Part shown: positions 1 through 8,679 of the stretch, one piece after another
Layout of the letters: every line of letters begins with the position of its first letter
How positions within the stretch are numbered: the stretch's first letter is position 1
Origin: an uncultured bacterium
GTDB taxonomy: Bacteria; Zhuqueibacterota; QNDG01; DTFT01
Length of the DNA stretch: 64,000 nt
Direction of reading: 5' to 3'
NCBI GenBank assembly: GCA_963736115.1
Contig: CAVTNR010000009.1
Span: 32,001 to 96,000 of the forward strand
Program-made: the position numbers and the translations under genes
The notes under the pieces: generated by a model
Told to the model about the DNA's origin: nothing
Databases searched by the model: none
What the model saw: the letters and a program-made list of their open reading frames with translations, nothing else

Positions 1-29
1 TCCTGTTCAACTGACAGAATCCCGCGACT

Positions 30-96
30 TGGATGCATGGATGGATGGTTGCATGGGAGCAATCATGCATTCATACATCCATTCATCCATGCATGG
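30..96. repeat. Inverted array of short ATGG/ATGC tandem units just downstream of pdp
   Basis: tggatgcatggatggatggttgcatgg is followed by its imperfect complement catgcattcatacatccattcatccatgcat. Confidence 0.7.
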
Positions 97-98
97 TT

Positions 99-1403
99 TC
101 ACCCGATCCGCCCGGCAATCAATGGAACGGGCGCGGGCGGCCGGTCCGTTATTTCATACGCCGCCTGCATCCGCCGGACCGCTTCCCCCGTGTCGATGTC
201 CCGGTCCGCGTGGAGCACGGCGATGGTCTCTCCCCTTTCGACGCGATCCCCCGTCTTCTTCAGAAGGACGGCTCCGGCCGCAGGATCGATCACATCCTCC
301 TTGCGGCTTCGACCCGCGTCGAGATCCGTGCAAAGAACGCCCACTGCGGCCGCGTTGATACCCGCCACCCATCCTTCCTCAGGACTGGGGACGGAAATTT
401 CGTGCTTCGCCTTTGGCCATCGATCCGGGTATTCGACGAAAGAGACATCCCCCTTCTGGGATCGGACCATTTCCAAAAATTTTTTCCACGCCGCTCCCGA
501 ATCGAGGAGCCCGCGGAGCATGGGCATACCTTCCTCAGAAGTGCGGACCTTTCCCGCGAGAACCAGCATTTCCGCGCCGAGCGCGAGTGTGAGTTCGCGG
601 ACATCCCGCGGGCCCTGGCCGCGGAGCGCTTCGATGGATTCGAGCACTTCCAGCCGGTTGCCGACCGTTCGGCCGAGCGGCTGATCCATGTCCGTGAGCA
701 GGGCCACTGTTTTCAGTCCGAGACCTTTCCCGAGCCGGACCAGGGATTCGGCGAGTCTCTCCGTATCCTCGCGTTTCGGAAAAAACGCGCCGCTGCCCAG
801 CTTAACGTCGAGCACGAGGCCGTCCGTTCCCTCCGCTTTCTTTTTGGATAGGATGCTCGCGCAGATGAGCGGGATGCTCGGCACCGTGCCGGTCACGTCC
901 CGAAGCGCGTACACCTTGCGGTCCGCGGGCACGATGCGCTCCGACTGGCCGATGATCGCGCATCCGACGGTAGCGAGCTGGTCCCGGAACGCGGATTCGG
1001 AGAGTTGCGTCGTGAACCCCGGGATGGATTCGAGCTTGTCGAGAGTGCCGCCGGTGTGGCCAAGGCCGCGGCCGGCCATCATGGGCACGGGCACGCCGGC
1101 CGCCGCGACCAGCGGCGCGAGGATGAGCGAGATTTTGTCTCCCACGCCGCCCGTTGAATGCTTGTCCACCTTGATTCCGGGTATGGAGGACAGGTCGATC
1201 GATTCGCCGGAATCGATGAACGCTTTGGTTAGCGCGACGGTCTCGGCCTCGTCCATCCCTCGGAGCACCACGGCCATCAGAAACGCGGACATCTGGTAAT
1301 CGGGCACTTCGCCTGAAACGTATGCGCGCACCAGTCCGGTTATTTCGTCCCCGGACAGGGATCCGCAGTCGCGTTTACGGACAATGCATTCGACCATGTT
1401 CAT
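99..1403 (-). CDS. pdp: Pyrimidine-nucleoside/thymidine phosphorylase
   Basis: DKHSTGGVGDK, GRGLGHTGGTLDKLESIPG and LVLDVKxGSGAF motifs; ATG at 1403 overlaps the prmA stop (ATGA). Confidence 0.95.
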   Translation of the reverse strand: MNMVECIVRKRDCGSLSGDEITGLVRAYVSGEVPDYQMSAFLMAVVLRGMDEAETVALTKAFIDSGESIDLSSIPGIKVDKHSTGGVGDKISLILAPLVAAAGVPVPMMAGRGLGHTGGTLDKLESIPGFTTQLSESAFRDQLATVGCAIIGQSERIVPADRKVYALRDVTGTVPSIPLICASILSKKKAEGTDGLVLDVKLGSGAFFPKREDTERLAESLVRLGKGLGLKTVALLTDMDQPLGRTVGNRLEVLESIEALRGQGPRDVRELTLALGAEMLVLAGKVRTSEEGMPMLRGLLDSGAAWKKFLEMVRSQKGDVSFVEYPDRWPKAKHEISVPSPEEGWVAGINAAAVGVLCTDLDAGRSRKEDVIDPAAGAVLLKKTGDRVERGETIAVLHADRDIDTGEAVRRMQAAYEITDRPPAPVPLIAGRIG

Positions 1404-2302
1404 GACGCGTTTCCCGGTTTTCCCGCTGCAGACGGTTGCCCGATCACGGCCGCGAATCCCGCCCACTCCTTCATCTCCTGTTTTTCAATCAGGCGGAAAG
1501 GCGGCTTTTCGATCAGATCGAGCACCATCCCCTGTTCTTCGATGAGTATGCCGGACAGGATGAGCATGGCGCCGGGCTTCGCGAAGCGCGGGAAATCGGG
1601 TATCATGGGAACCAGCGTGCGGCGATCGATGTTGGCGAGGATGAGGTCGAAGGCGCGGCCCTGGGGGGCCGCCTCTCCAAGGATATCCAGCGACCCCAGC
1701 CTGACCTCGAACCGGTCCGAAACGCCGTTGATGCCCGCGTTCTCGGCCGCGTTCTCCACCGACTCCTCCTCCACATCCAGACCGAACGCGGATGCGGCGC
1801 CCAGTTTCAACGCCGCGATCGCGAGTATGCCGGACCCGGTGCCGACATCGAGCACGGTCATGCCGGGTTTCAGGTGGCGTTCGAGCATTCCGATGCAAAG
1901 ACGTGTGGTCTCATGCGACCCGGTCCCGAATGCCATTTTGGGTGATATGTCGATGACGAGATCGCCCGGAGCCGCGGTCCAGTTTTCCCAGGGCGGCTTG
2001 ACCACGAAACGGTTCCCGACCCGTGTCGGTTTGAAATAGGCCTTCCAGGCCAACCCCCAGTCCTCTTCCGGCACCGGCCGCAGGACCGGATCCGATATGG
2101 AAAAGCCCATTTCCCTGAGAGACCGGCCGTAATCCGAAAGGGATTCGAGTATGCCGTCAGGCGACAGGCCCTCGGGAAAAAAGAGGCGAATCCCGCCGTC
2201 GATTTCCTCGATGCCGGAGGCCCCGATTTCGAAAGCGCGGTTCGCCGCGCCTTCCAGCGCCTCGGCGGATCCGGAGAAGGATATTTCGGTCCAGGTTTTC
2301 AT
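1400..2302 (-). CDS. prmA: Ribosomal protein L11 methyltransferase
   Basis: EEDW..AWK, PKMAFGTGSHETT, SAM motif VLDVGTGSGILAI, LILSGI. Confidence 0.95.
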   Translation of the reverse strand: MKTWTEISFSGSAEALEGAANRAFEIGASGIEEIDGGIRLFFPEGLSPDGILESLSDYGRSLREMGFSISDPVLRPVPEEDWGLAWKAYFKPTRVGNRFVVKPPWENWTAAPGDLVIDISPKMAFGTGSHETTRLCIGMLERHLKPGMTVLDVGTGSGILAIAALKLGAASAFGLDVEEESVENAAENAGINGVSDRFEVRLGSLDILGEAAPQGRAFDLILANIDRRTLVPMIPDFPRFAKPGAMLILSGILIEEQGMVLDLIEKPPFRLIEKQEMKEWAGFAAVIGQPSAAGKPGNAS

Positions 2303-2330
2303 TTGATCACAATAAAGGGGAACGGGCGGC

Positions 2331-3251
2331 TCAGGGTTTGGCTTCGTAGATCAGGTGCAGTACCAGCGTGCCCACGGACTGCAGGCTCTCGGCGCTGCAT
2401 TTGTCCGGCGTGTCCTGCACGGTGTGCCAGTAAGGATAATCCAGGTCGATGATGTCCACTGCCGGAATGCCGGCCTTGATCAGCTCGAGATGATCGTCCA
2501 CCACTTCATACCCGTCCGCGGACGAAAAGGCGGAGAGGCCGAGCCTGCGGGCCGTGCCCCAGACCAGGTCCACGACCCCGGCCGCGTAACGGCGGGAATT
2601 CGCCTCCACCGGAAGGGACAGGTTCCGGTCGCCGATCATGTCGAGCAGAACCGCGTACCGGAACGCGGACGCTTTCGGCCGGACCGAGGTGAAATGCCGC
2701 GATCCGAGGCACCAGGTCGATAGGTCGTTTTCAAGACCCCCATCCTCGCCGTCGAAGAAGACGAGATCCACGCCGACCGGCGGAGGCGCGGTTTTCATGA
2801 CTGCCGCCGCCTGCAGGAGAACGGCCGTGCCCGAGGCGCCGTCGTTCGCGCCCGGCACGGATTTTTTGCGGTTGACGGGATTCGGGTCGAGGTCCGCGAA
2901 GGCGCGGCAGTCCCAGTGGGCACAGAACAGGAGGCGGGTTTTCAGCTCGGGCCTGAAAGAGGCGATCAGATTGGTCATGTCCGCGCGTTTCTTCGAAACG
3001 GCAATGAAACCCTGGAACCGCTGGGGAACGACGGAAGCGCCGCAGGCCTTCAGCTCAGCTGTCATGAATTCAAGACATTTCGCGTGGCCGGCCGTTCCCG
3101 GAACCCGGGGGCCGAATGCGCACTGTTTTTCCAGAAGCGCGAAAGCCTTTGCGCCGGAAAAAGCGGGAACCGGCGCCGTGGCTCGAGGCGGCTTCACTGC
3201 CGCGGACAGGAGCAGAAGAGCGGAGGTCATGAACATGAAGGGCCAGGGCAT
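2331..3251 (-). CDS. Exported M28-family metallopeptidase (glutaminyl-cyclase-like)
   Basis: AHWD, GANDGASG, DGED, LLDMIG, DDH, YWHT motifs; signal-peptide-like N-terminus from ATG 3251. Confidence 0.85.
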   Translation of the reverse strand: MPWPFMFMTSALLLLSAAVKPPRATAPVPAFSGAKAFALLEKQCAFGPRVPGTAGHAKCLEFMTAELKACGASVVPQRFQGFIAVSKKRADMTNLIASFRPELKTRLLFCAHWDCRAFADLDPNPVNRKKSVPGANDGASGTAVLLQAAAVMKTAPPPVGVDLVFFDGEDGGLENDLSTWCLGSRHFTSVRPKASAFRYAVLLDMIGDRNLSLPVEANSRRYAAGVVDLVWGTARRLGLSAFSSADGYEVVDDHLELIKAGIPAVDIIDLDYPYWHTVQDTPDKCSAESLQSVGTLVLHLIYEAKP

Positions 3252-3433
3252 GCTATTCTTTTCCTTAATTTTAAATCGACAATAACGCACTCCCGGACGT
3301 ATCGCGTCCATCGTCCATTTCCACCATAAAAGAATATAGGAAACAGCCCTTCCAATGTCAACCGAAACCCGGACCGCCCGGACTGCGACTTTCGCCTTGT
3401 AATGACCCCGGTTTTTAATTAACTTTTCCGGCA

Positions 3434-4750
3434 ATGGGAACCCCCGCCACACGCATGACCTACCGCCAGGCCGTCGATTACCTGTTCCACCGCGAACGCA
3501 GGGCGATGCGCTTCGGCCTCGACGCCATACGCGACCTGCTCGGCCGTTGCGGCGATCCCCAGAAGTCCTTTGCTTCCGTGCACATCGCGGGAACGAACGG
3601 CAAGGGCTCCACAACGGCCATGCTCGAGGCCGTGCTCAGGGCCTCGGGGTTTCGCACGGGCCGCTACACGTCCCCGCACCTGACGGACATGCGGGAACGC
3701 ATCGATGTTGCCGGCCGGAACATCTCGGGCGCCGCGGTTTCGGCCTGGCTGGACCGGCACCGGGCCGACGCCGAAGCCGCGGGAGCGACGGTTTTCGAAA
3801 TCCTGACCGCCATGGCCTTCTCGCATTTCAGGGATTCCCGCGTAGACATCGCCGTGATCGAAACCGGCCTCGGCGGACGGCTGGACGCGACCAATGCAGT
3901 GGAACCGGTCCTGACCGCGATCACCGCGATCGGAAAGGACCACGCCGAGCTTCTCGGCGGCACGCTCGAAAGCATCGCGCGGGAAAAGGCGGGTATTCTC
4001 AAGCCGGGCGTGACCTGCGTGGCCGCGCCGCAGGCCAGTCGCGTCCGGGCCGTGCTGACGTCCTCGGCCGCTTCGGTTCCATGCCCGATCGTCTTCTCCC
4101 GGGACGCGGTCACCATCCGAAACCTCGAATGCTCCGACCGGTTTTCGCGTTTCGACGCGTCAACGGAACAATCCGAATACAAGGGCCTTCGGCTCTGCCT
4201 GCTCGGCCGGCACCAGATCGACAACGCGGCGCTGGTGATCGCGGCCGTGGAAGCGCTCCGGAAATCCGGGTGGGCGATACCGGACAAAGCCGTGACCGCC
4301 GGATTGCGCGGCGTTGTCTGGAGGGGCCGCCTGGAAGTGCTCCGGAGGAACCCGACCGTCCTGGTCGATTCTGCGCACAATCCGGCCGGCGCCACCACGC
4401 TGGCCCTCGCGCTCCGGACCCTGTTCCGGTACGACCGGCTGATTCTGGTTTTCGGCGTTCTCGCGGACAAAGATTTCCGGTCCATGCTGAAGATACTCGC
4501 CCCGGCCGCGCACCGGATCATCCTCACGCGCCCCCTGTCGGAACGGGCCATGGATCCAGTCGTCCTGTCCGGGCTTACGGCGTTGAAGGGAAAGCCGGTG
4601 ACCGTGATCCCGGACATCGGGCAGGCTTGGGAAACCGCCCTGCGTTCGGCCCGGCGCGGAGATTGCGTATGCGGCGCGGGATCCATCTATTTCGCGGGCG
4701 AGGTGCTGAAACACCCGCTCGGCAAGCGGAAGCGGGCAAGTTCCCATTGA
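3434..4750 (+). CDS. folC: Folylpolyglutamate synthase/dihydrofolate synthase
   Basis: HIAGTNGKGS, YTSPHL, ETGLGGRLDATN, GRLE, DSAHNP. Confidence 0.95.
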   Translation: MGTPATRMTYRQAVDYLFHRERRAMRFGLDAIRDLLGRCGDPQKSFASVHIAGTNGKGSTTAMLEAVLRASGFRTGRYTSPHLTDMRERIDVAGRNISGAAVSAWLDRHRADAEAAGATVFEILTAMAFSHFRDSRVDIAVIETGLGGRLDATNAVEPVLTAITAIGKDHAELLGGTLESIAREKAGILKPGVTCVAAPQASRVRAVLTSSAASVPCPIVFSRDAVTIRNLECSDRFSRFDASTEQSEYKGLRLCLLGRHQIDNAALVIAAVEALRKSGWAIPDKAVTAGLRGVVWRGRLEVLRRNPTVLVDSAHNPAGATTLALALRTLFRYDRLILVFGVLADKDFRSMLKILAPAAHRIILTRPLSERAMDPVVLSGLTALKGKPVTVIPDIGQAWETALRSARRGDCVCGAGSIYFAGEVLKHPLGKRKRASSH

Positions 4751-4775
4751 CATTTCATCCGCTATCGGGTATATT
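4747..4775 (+). promoter_or_regulatory. Sigma70-type promoter of the REC-glgP gene
   Basis: TTGACA-N17-TATATT; the -35 overlaps the folC stop codon. Confidence 0.75.
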
Positions 4776-4835
4776 AAAGGATACCCCGGCCTCGGTCCGG
4801 CCGGGACCCGGCAAGAACAACCAGGTGGGTTTTTA

Positions 4836-7409
4836 GTGGAAGACAGAAAAATACGCATTCTGCTGGTCGAAGACGACGAGTCCGTGGCCCAGACGATGAG
4901 GGAGTTGATGAAGCGTCTGGGTTCTTTTGTTCAGGAAACGGTCCGCGTGGGCACGCTGTCCGGAGCCATGGAAGCCGTATCCGCAGGCGCTTTTGACGTC
5001 GTGATTCTCGACCTCGGGCTTCCGGACAGCCAGGGGCTCGATACGTTCATGCGGCTCCACAGCCGCGTGCCCCGGGTGCCCATCGTGGTTTCCACCGGTC
5101 TGGACGACGAGAACATCGCCATGAAGGCGGTACGCGAAGGCGCCCAGGACTACCTGGTCAAGGGATCGGTGGACGGCGCGACCGTCATCCGCACCATCCG
5201 CTACGCCGTCGAACGCAGCCGCGTGGATTCCAAGACCGCGGCCGGCAACGGGGCCGTCGATCCGGCCGGCCTCAAGCGGGCCAATTTCCCCAATCTCCCG
5301 GACCCGCTGGCCCGGCTGTCCGACCTCGCCTACAATCTCTGGTTCAGCTGGCACCATGAAGCCTACCGGCTTTTCCGGCATCTCGACATCAAACTCTGGG
5401 AGGACGTCCATCACAATCCCGTGCAGCTGCTCAAGGAGCTCGACCGCCACCGGTTCGAGGAAGTCATGCACGAGAGCGTGTACATGTCCAAATACAACTG
5501 CGTGCTCCAAGCCTTCGACCGTTACATGGGACAGAAGGACACCCGGTTCGCGCTGAAATATCCGGACTGCCTGGACAAATGGACGGCCTATTTCAGCATG
5601 GAATTCGGCATACACGAAAGCCTGCCCATCTATTCCGGCGGCCTGGGCATTCTCTCCGGCGACCATCTGAAATCGGCCAGCGACCAGGGCATCCCGCTCG
5701 TGGGCGTGGGACTGCTGTACCGCGAATCGTACTTCACCCAGCTCATCTCCCTGCACGGGAACCAGCAATCGGTGTACGAGCCGAACAACTTCTCCAACCT
5801 GCCCGTTCTGCCGGTGCTCCGGGAGGACGGCAAGCCGCTGACCATCCGGGTGCGGTTCGACCATTCGGCGGTGTCCGCCCGTGTCTGGAAGGCGGATGTG
5901 GGCCGCGTCCCCCTGTATCTCCTGGACACCGATTTTCAGGACAACACAACATCCGAGCGGAAGATCACCGAGCGGCTCTATGTGTCGGACCGCGAGCTCC
6001 GGCTGACCCAGGAAATGCTCCTGGGAATCGGCGGACTGCACATGCTTGAAGCCGTGGGCATCCGCCCGGCTGTCTGGCACCTGAACGAGGGGCATTGCGC
6101 GCTTTCGTCCTTCGAACGCATGCGGGACGACCTCCTGGAGGGGACCCCTCTGGCCGAAGCGGTGAAGCGGATCCGTCCCGCGACGGTGTTCACCACGCAT
6201 ACGCCCATCGCGGCGGGGAATGAAGTGTTCGAGACGGGGCTGGTGGAACACCTGCTCGGCGACTACCGGGATATCATGAAAATCCCGAAGGACGACTTCT
6301 TCGGGCTGGCCCGCAACGAGCGGAACCCGGATCATAACGCATTCAACATGACCATTCTCGCCTTGAAAACCTCGTCCTACGCGAACGCGGTCAGCGAACT
6401 CCACGGCGCCGTCAGCCGCCGCATGTGGCATCCCCTGTGGCCGGACCGGCCCGTCGAGGAGGTTCCGATCACCCACATCACGAACGGCGTGCACACCCGC
6501 ACCTGGATGTCGAGCCTGATGAAAGGCCTGCTCGACGAACACCTGGGCCCGGACTGGCGGTACCGGCTTTCGGACGCCGACTACTGGAAGGTTCTGGACC
6601 GGATTCCGGACGAGGCGCTGTGGAAAGTGCACCACGACCTGAAATACCGGCTCATCGAACAGGTCCGACGGAACCTCTCGCGCCAGCGCGAGCGCAACGG
6701 TGAATCCCCCGACTCGGTGGCCGAGGCGAGGCGACTGCTGAACCCGGACGTGCTGACCATCGGATTCGCCCGGCGCTTCACGCCGTACAAGCGCGGCACA
6801 CTCATCTTCCAGAACCGGGACTGGCTCAAGTACATCGTGTCGCGCGAGAACATGCCCGTCCAGATCGTATTCGCAGGCAAGGCGCACCCGGCCGACCAGA
6901 TGGGCAAGTCGCTCATCCAGACCATCGTGGGCGAAAGCCGCAATCCCGACTTCCACGGAAAAATCGTGTTCGTCGAAAACTACGACATGTCCCTCTCGAA
7001 AATCCTCATCTCCGGCGTCGACGTATGGCTGAACCTGCCGCGCCGGCCCCTCGAGGCCAGCGGCACTTCGGGCATGAAGGCAGCGGTGAACGGCGCCATC
7101 AACTGCAGCGTGATGGACGGATGGTGGCGCGAGGCGTACGACGGAACGAACGGATGGGCCGTGGGCGAGGACAAGGAGTATTACAACGACATGGAGCAGG
7201 ATGGACTCGACGCCGAATCGCTGTACCGGATCCTGCAGGACGACCTCGTTCCTCTCTATTATAAGAAAGACGAATCCGGTCTCCCGGCGGAGTGGATCCG
7301 CAAGATGAAGCGCTCCATGGAAACCGTGATCCCCCGCTTCAGCACCTGCCGCATGCTCGAGGAGTACGTGGACCGCTTCTACGTGCCCGCGATGCGGCAA
7401 GGAAAATAG
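4836..7409 (+). CDS. glgP: Alpha-glucan (glycogen) phosphorylase with N-terminal response-regulator receiver domain
   Basis: aa 1-125 REC (LLVEDD, ILDLGLPD, VSTG, DYLVK); then AYFSMEFG, YSGGLG, HLNEGH, GFARRF, PLP motif EASGTSGMK. Confidence 0.93.
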   Translation: MEDRKIRILLVEDDESVAQTMRELMKRLGSFVQETVRVGTLSGAMEAVSAGAFDVVILDLGLPDSQGLDTFMRLHSRVPRVPIVVSTGLDDENIAMKAVREGAQDYLVKGSVDGATVIRTIRYAVERSRVDSKTAAGNGAVDPAGLKRANFPNLPDPLARLSDLAYNLWFSWHHEAYRLFRHLDIKLWEDVHHNPVQLLKELDRHRFEEVMHESVYMSKYNCVLQAFDRYMGQKDTRFALKYPDCLDKWTAYFSMEFGIHESLPIYSGGLGILSGDHLKSASDQGIPLVGVGLLYRESYFTQLISLHGNQQSVYEPNNFSNLPVLPVLREDGKPLTIRVRFDHSAVSARVWKADVGRVPLYLLDTDFQDNTTSERKITERLYVSDRELRLTQEMLLGIGGLHMLEAVGIRPAVWHLNEGHCALSSFERMRDDLLEGTPLAEAVKRIRPATVFTTHTPIAAGNEVFETGLVEHLLGDYRDIMKIPKDDFFGLARNERNPDHNAFNMTILALKTSSYANAVSELHGAVSRRMWHPLWPDRPVEEVPITHITNGVHTRTWMSSLMKGLLDEHLGPDWRYRLSDADYWKVLDRIPDEALWKVHHDLKYRLIEQVRRNLSRQRERNGESPDSVAEARRLLNPDVLTIGFARRFTPYKRGTLIFQNRDWLKYIVSRENMPVQIVFAGKAHPADQMGKSLIQTIVGESRNPDFHGKIVFVENYDMSLSKILISGVDVWLNLPRRPLEASGTSGMKAAVNGAINCSVMDGWWREAYDGTNGWAVGEDKEYYNDMEQDGLDAESLYRILQDDLVPLYYKKDESGLPAEWIRKMKRSMETVIPRFSTCRMLEEYVDRFYVPAMRQGK

Positions 7410-7436
7410 GACAAAAACAGCGGCACCGGTCATGCG

Positions 7437-7459
7437 GGCCCCGTAATCGGGGCCTTTTT
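7437..7459 (+). terminator. Intrinsic terminator of glgP
   Basis: ggccccg-taat-cggggcc followed by ttttt. Confidence 0.75.
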
Positions 7460-7511
7460 AATAGTGGATTTCACCCTTCAGGGTTTCATCCCGCGCCCCC
7501 AGTTTTTAGTT

Positions 7512-7551
7512 TTGACTTTATCCCCCGTTTTTATTATCATTCATGTATAAT
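7512..7551 (+). promoter_or_regulatory. Sigma70-type promoter upstream of the lipoprotein/TBDR operon
   Basis: TTGACT-N17-TATCAT (7512-7540), plus a TATAAT at 7546-7551. Confidence 0.6.
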
Positions 7552-7757
7552 TTCAATCGGGCGGCCAGAAGCCTAGTCATTCTGGTTCCCGTTTTTCTGG
7601 ATGATCGGAAATTGGGCTTCTGGCCGCTCCGACGGGTCTGATTCCCCGCCGCTTGCCTTCAACCAGAAGGCAAATAATAGCTTGGTCCCGCGAAGCGGGC
7701 GGCGTCCATCATCCAAGTTTCTTGTGATACCCCGCTGCTTGCGGCGGGGTCCTTCAA
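7552..7757 (+). mobile_element. Non-coding palindromic element (MITE/PATE-like); first 96 bp duplicated at 48295-48390
   Basis: 13-bp perfect inverted repeat gcggccagaagcc/ggcttctggccgc; ends with hairpin ccccgctgc-tt-gcggcgggg + tccTTCAA, like the element at 20525-20641. Confidence 0.55.
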
Positions 7758-7794
7758 CCCCATGGACCAAACCCGCAGACCGGGAGGGGAACGC

Positions 7795-8679
7795 ATGACC
7801 GACAGGAACCGATCCGGACACCGCGTCCGAAGAACCGGAACACTCGCAGCCGCATTTCTCATCGCGGTCCTCGCCTGTTCCGTGGACCACGGACTGGAGC
7901 CGATCCGCAGCCGGATCAGCGGCCGCGTGTTCTTTTCCGGGGACGCGAACCCCGACATCACGGACGAGGTGCGGGTCGCCGTACTGAAGAAATTCCCCCC
8001 CAAGGACATCACCGAACTGACCTTCAGCGAAATCATATTCGGCAATTCCGACCAGCCCCCGGACACGGTACCCTGGGAAATCTACCTGGAACCCGGCAAT
8101 TACGAGATCGCGGCCGTGATCTGGAAGGCCCACAACCAGTCATGGAACATATCGGACATCATCGGCATGTGGGGCGGCCAGATCATCGGGGACCAGCTCA
8201 TCCCTCCCTTCCCCTTCGTCCCGATCGAGCTGAAGGGCCCACGCTCCGTCGTGGACACCATCGACATCCAAGCTAACCTGAACCGTGTCAACCGGGACGG
8301 CCTCATCGAGGGCACGCTGACGTTTACCGGCGAGTGGCCGGCCAACACGGGCGTCGTGGGCATCGGCGCGTTCAGCGAAATGCCGAAGCCCGGCGATGTC
8401 TTCGATTATCTTTTAAAGAACATCGCGCTCGACTACAGCGTGCCGATCTTCACCGGAAGCGCGACGTACCGGCTTCGGGTCCGCTCCACTGAAACGATCC
8501 GGTATGTCGCCCTGATGTGGATCAACGACGCATTCGACTTCAACGGGATACGCGACATCGGGTTTTACCGGAATCCCGCGGACCCGTTGCAGCCGGGGTC
8601 CGTGGATCTTTCGGGGAAGCATGTCACCGGCATTGACATCCACGTTGATTTTGCCACAGCTTTCGGAGGCGGGGCATGA
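7795..8679 (+). CDS. Hypothetical lipoprotein, TBDR partner, two beta-rich repeats
   Basis: RBS gggagggg; lipobox VLAC; repeated I[SE]GxxxF[ST]G; stop overlaps the TBDR start. Confidence 0.75.
   Translation: MTDRNRSGHRVRRTGTLAAAFLIAVLACSVDHGLEPIRSRISGRVFFSGDANPDITDEVRVAVLKKFPPKDITELTFSEIIFGNSDQPPDTVPWEIYLEPGNYEIAAVIWKAHNQSWNISDIIGMWGGQIIGDQLIPPFPFVPIELKGPRSVVDTIDIQANLNRVNRDGLIEGTLTFTGEWPANTGVVGIGAFSEMPKPGDVFDYLLKNIALDYSVPIFTGSATYRLRVRSTETIRYVALMWINDAFDFNGIRDIGFYRNPADPLQPGSVDLSGKHVTGIDIHVDFATAFGGGA

Noticed and set aside
4833-7433. Long antisense ORFs (also 8916..10889, 43956..46232, 51702..52988, 57537..60557)
   Set aside because: Shadows of real genes caused by high GC3 codon bias; no recognisable motifs.
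7552-7794. Cobalamin or TPP riboswitch ahead of the TBDR operon
   Set aside because: No B12-box or TPP core (CTGAGA, GCGTAGGGA) visible; the region is explained by repeats.
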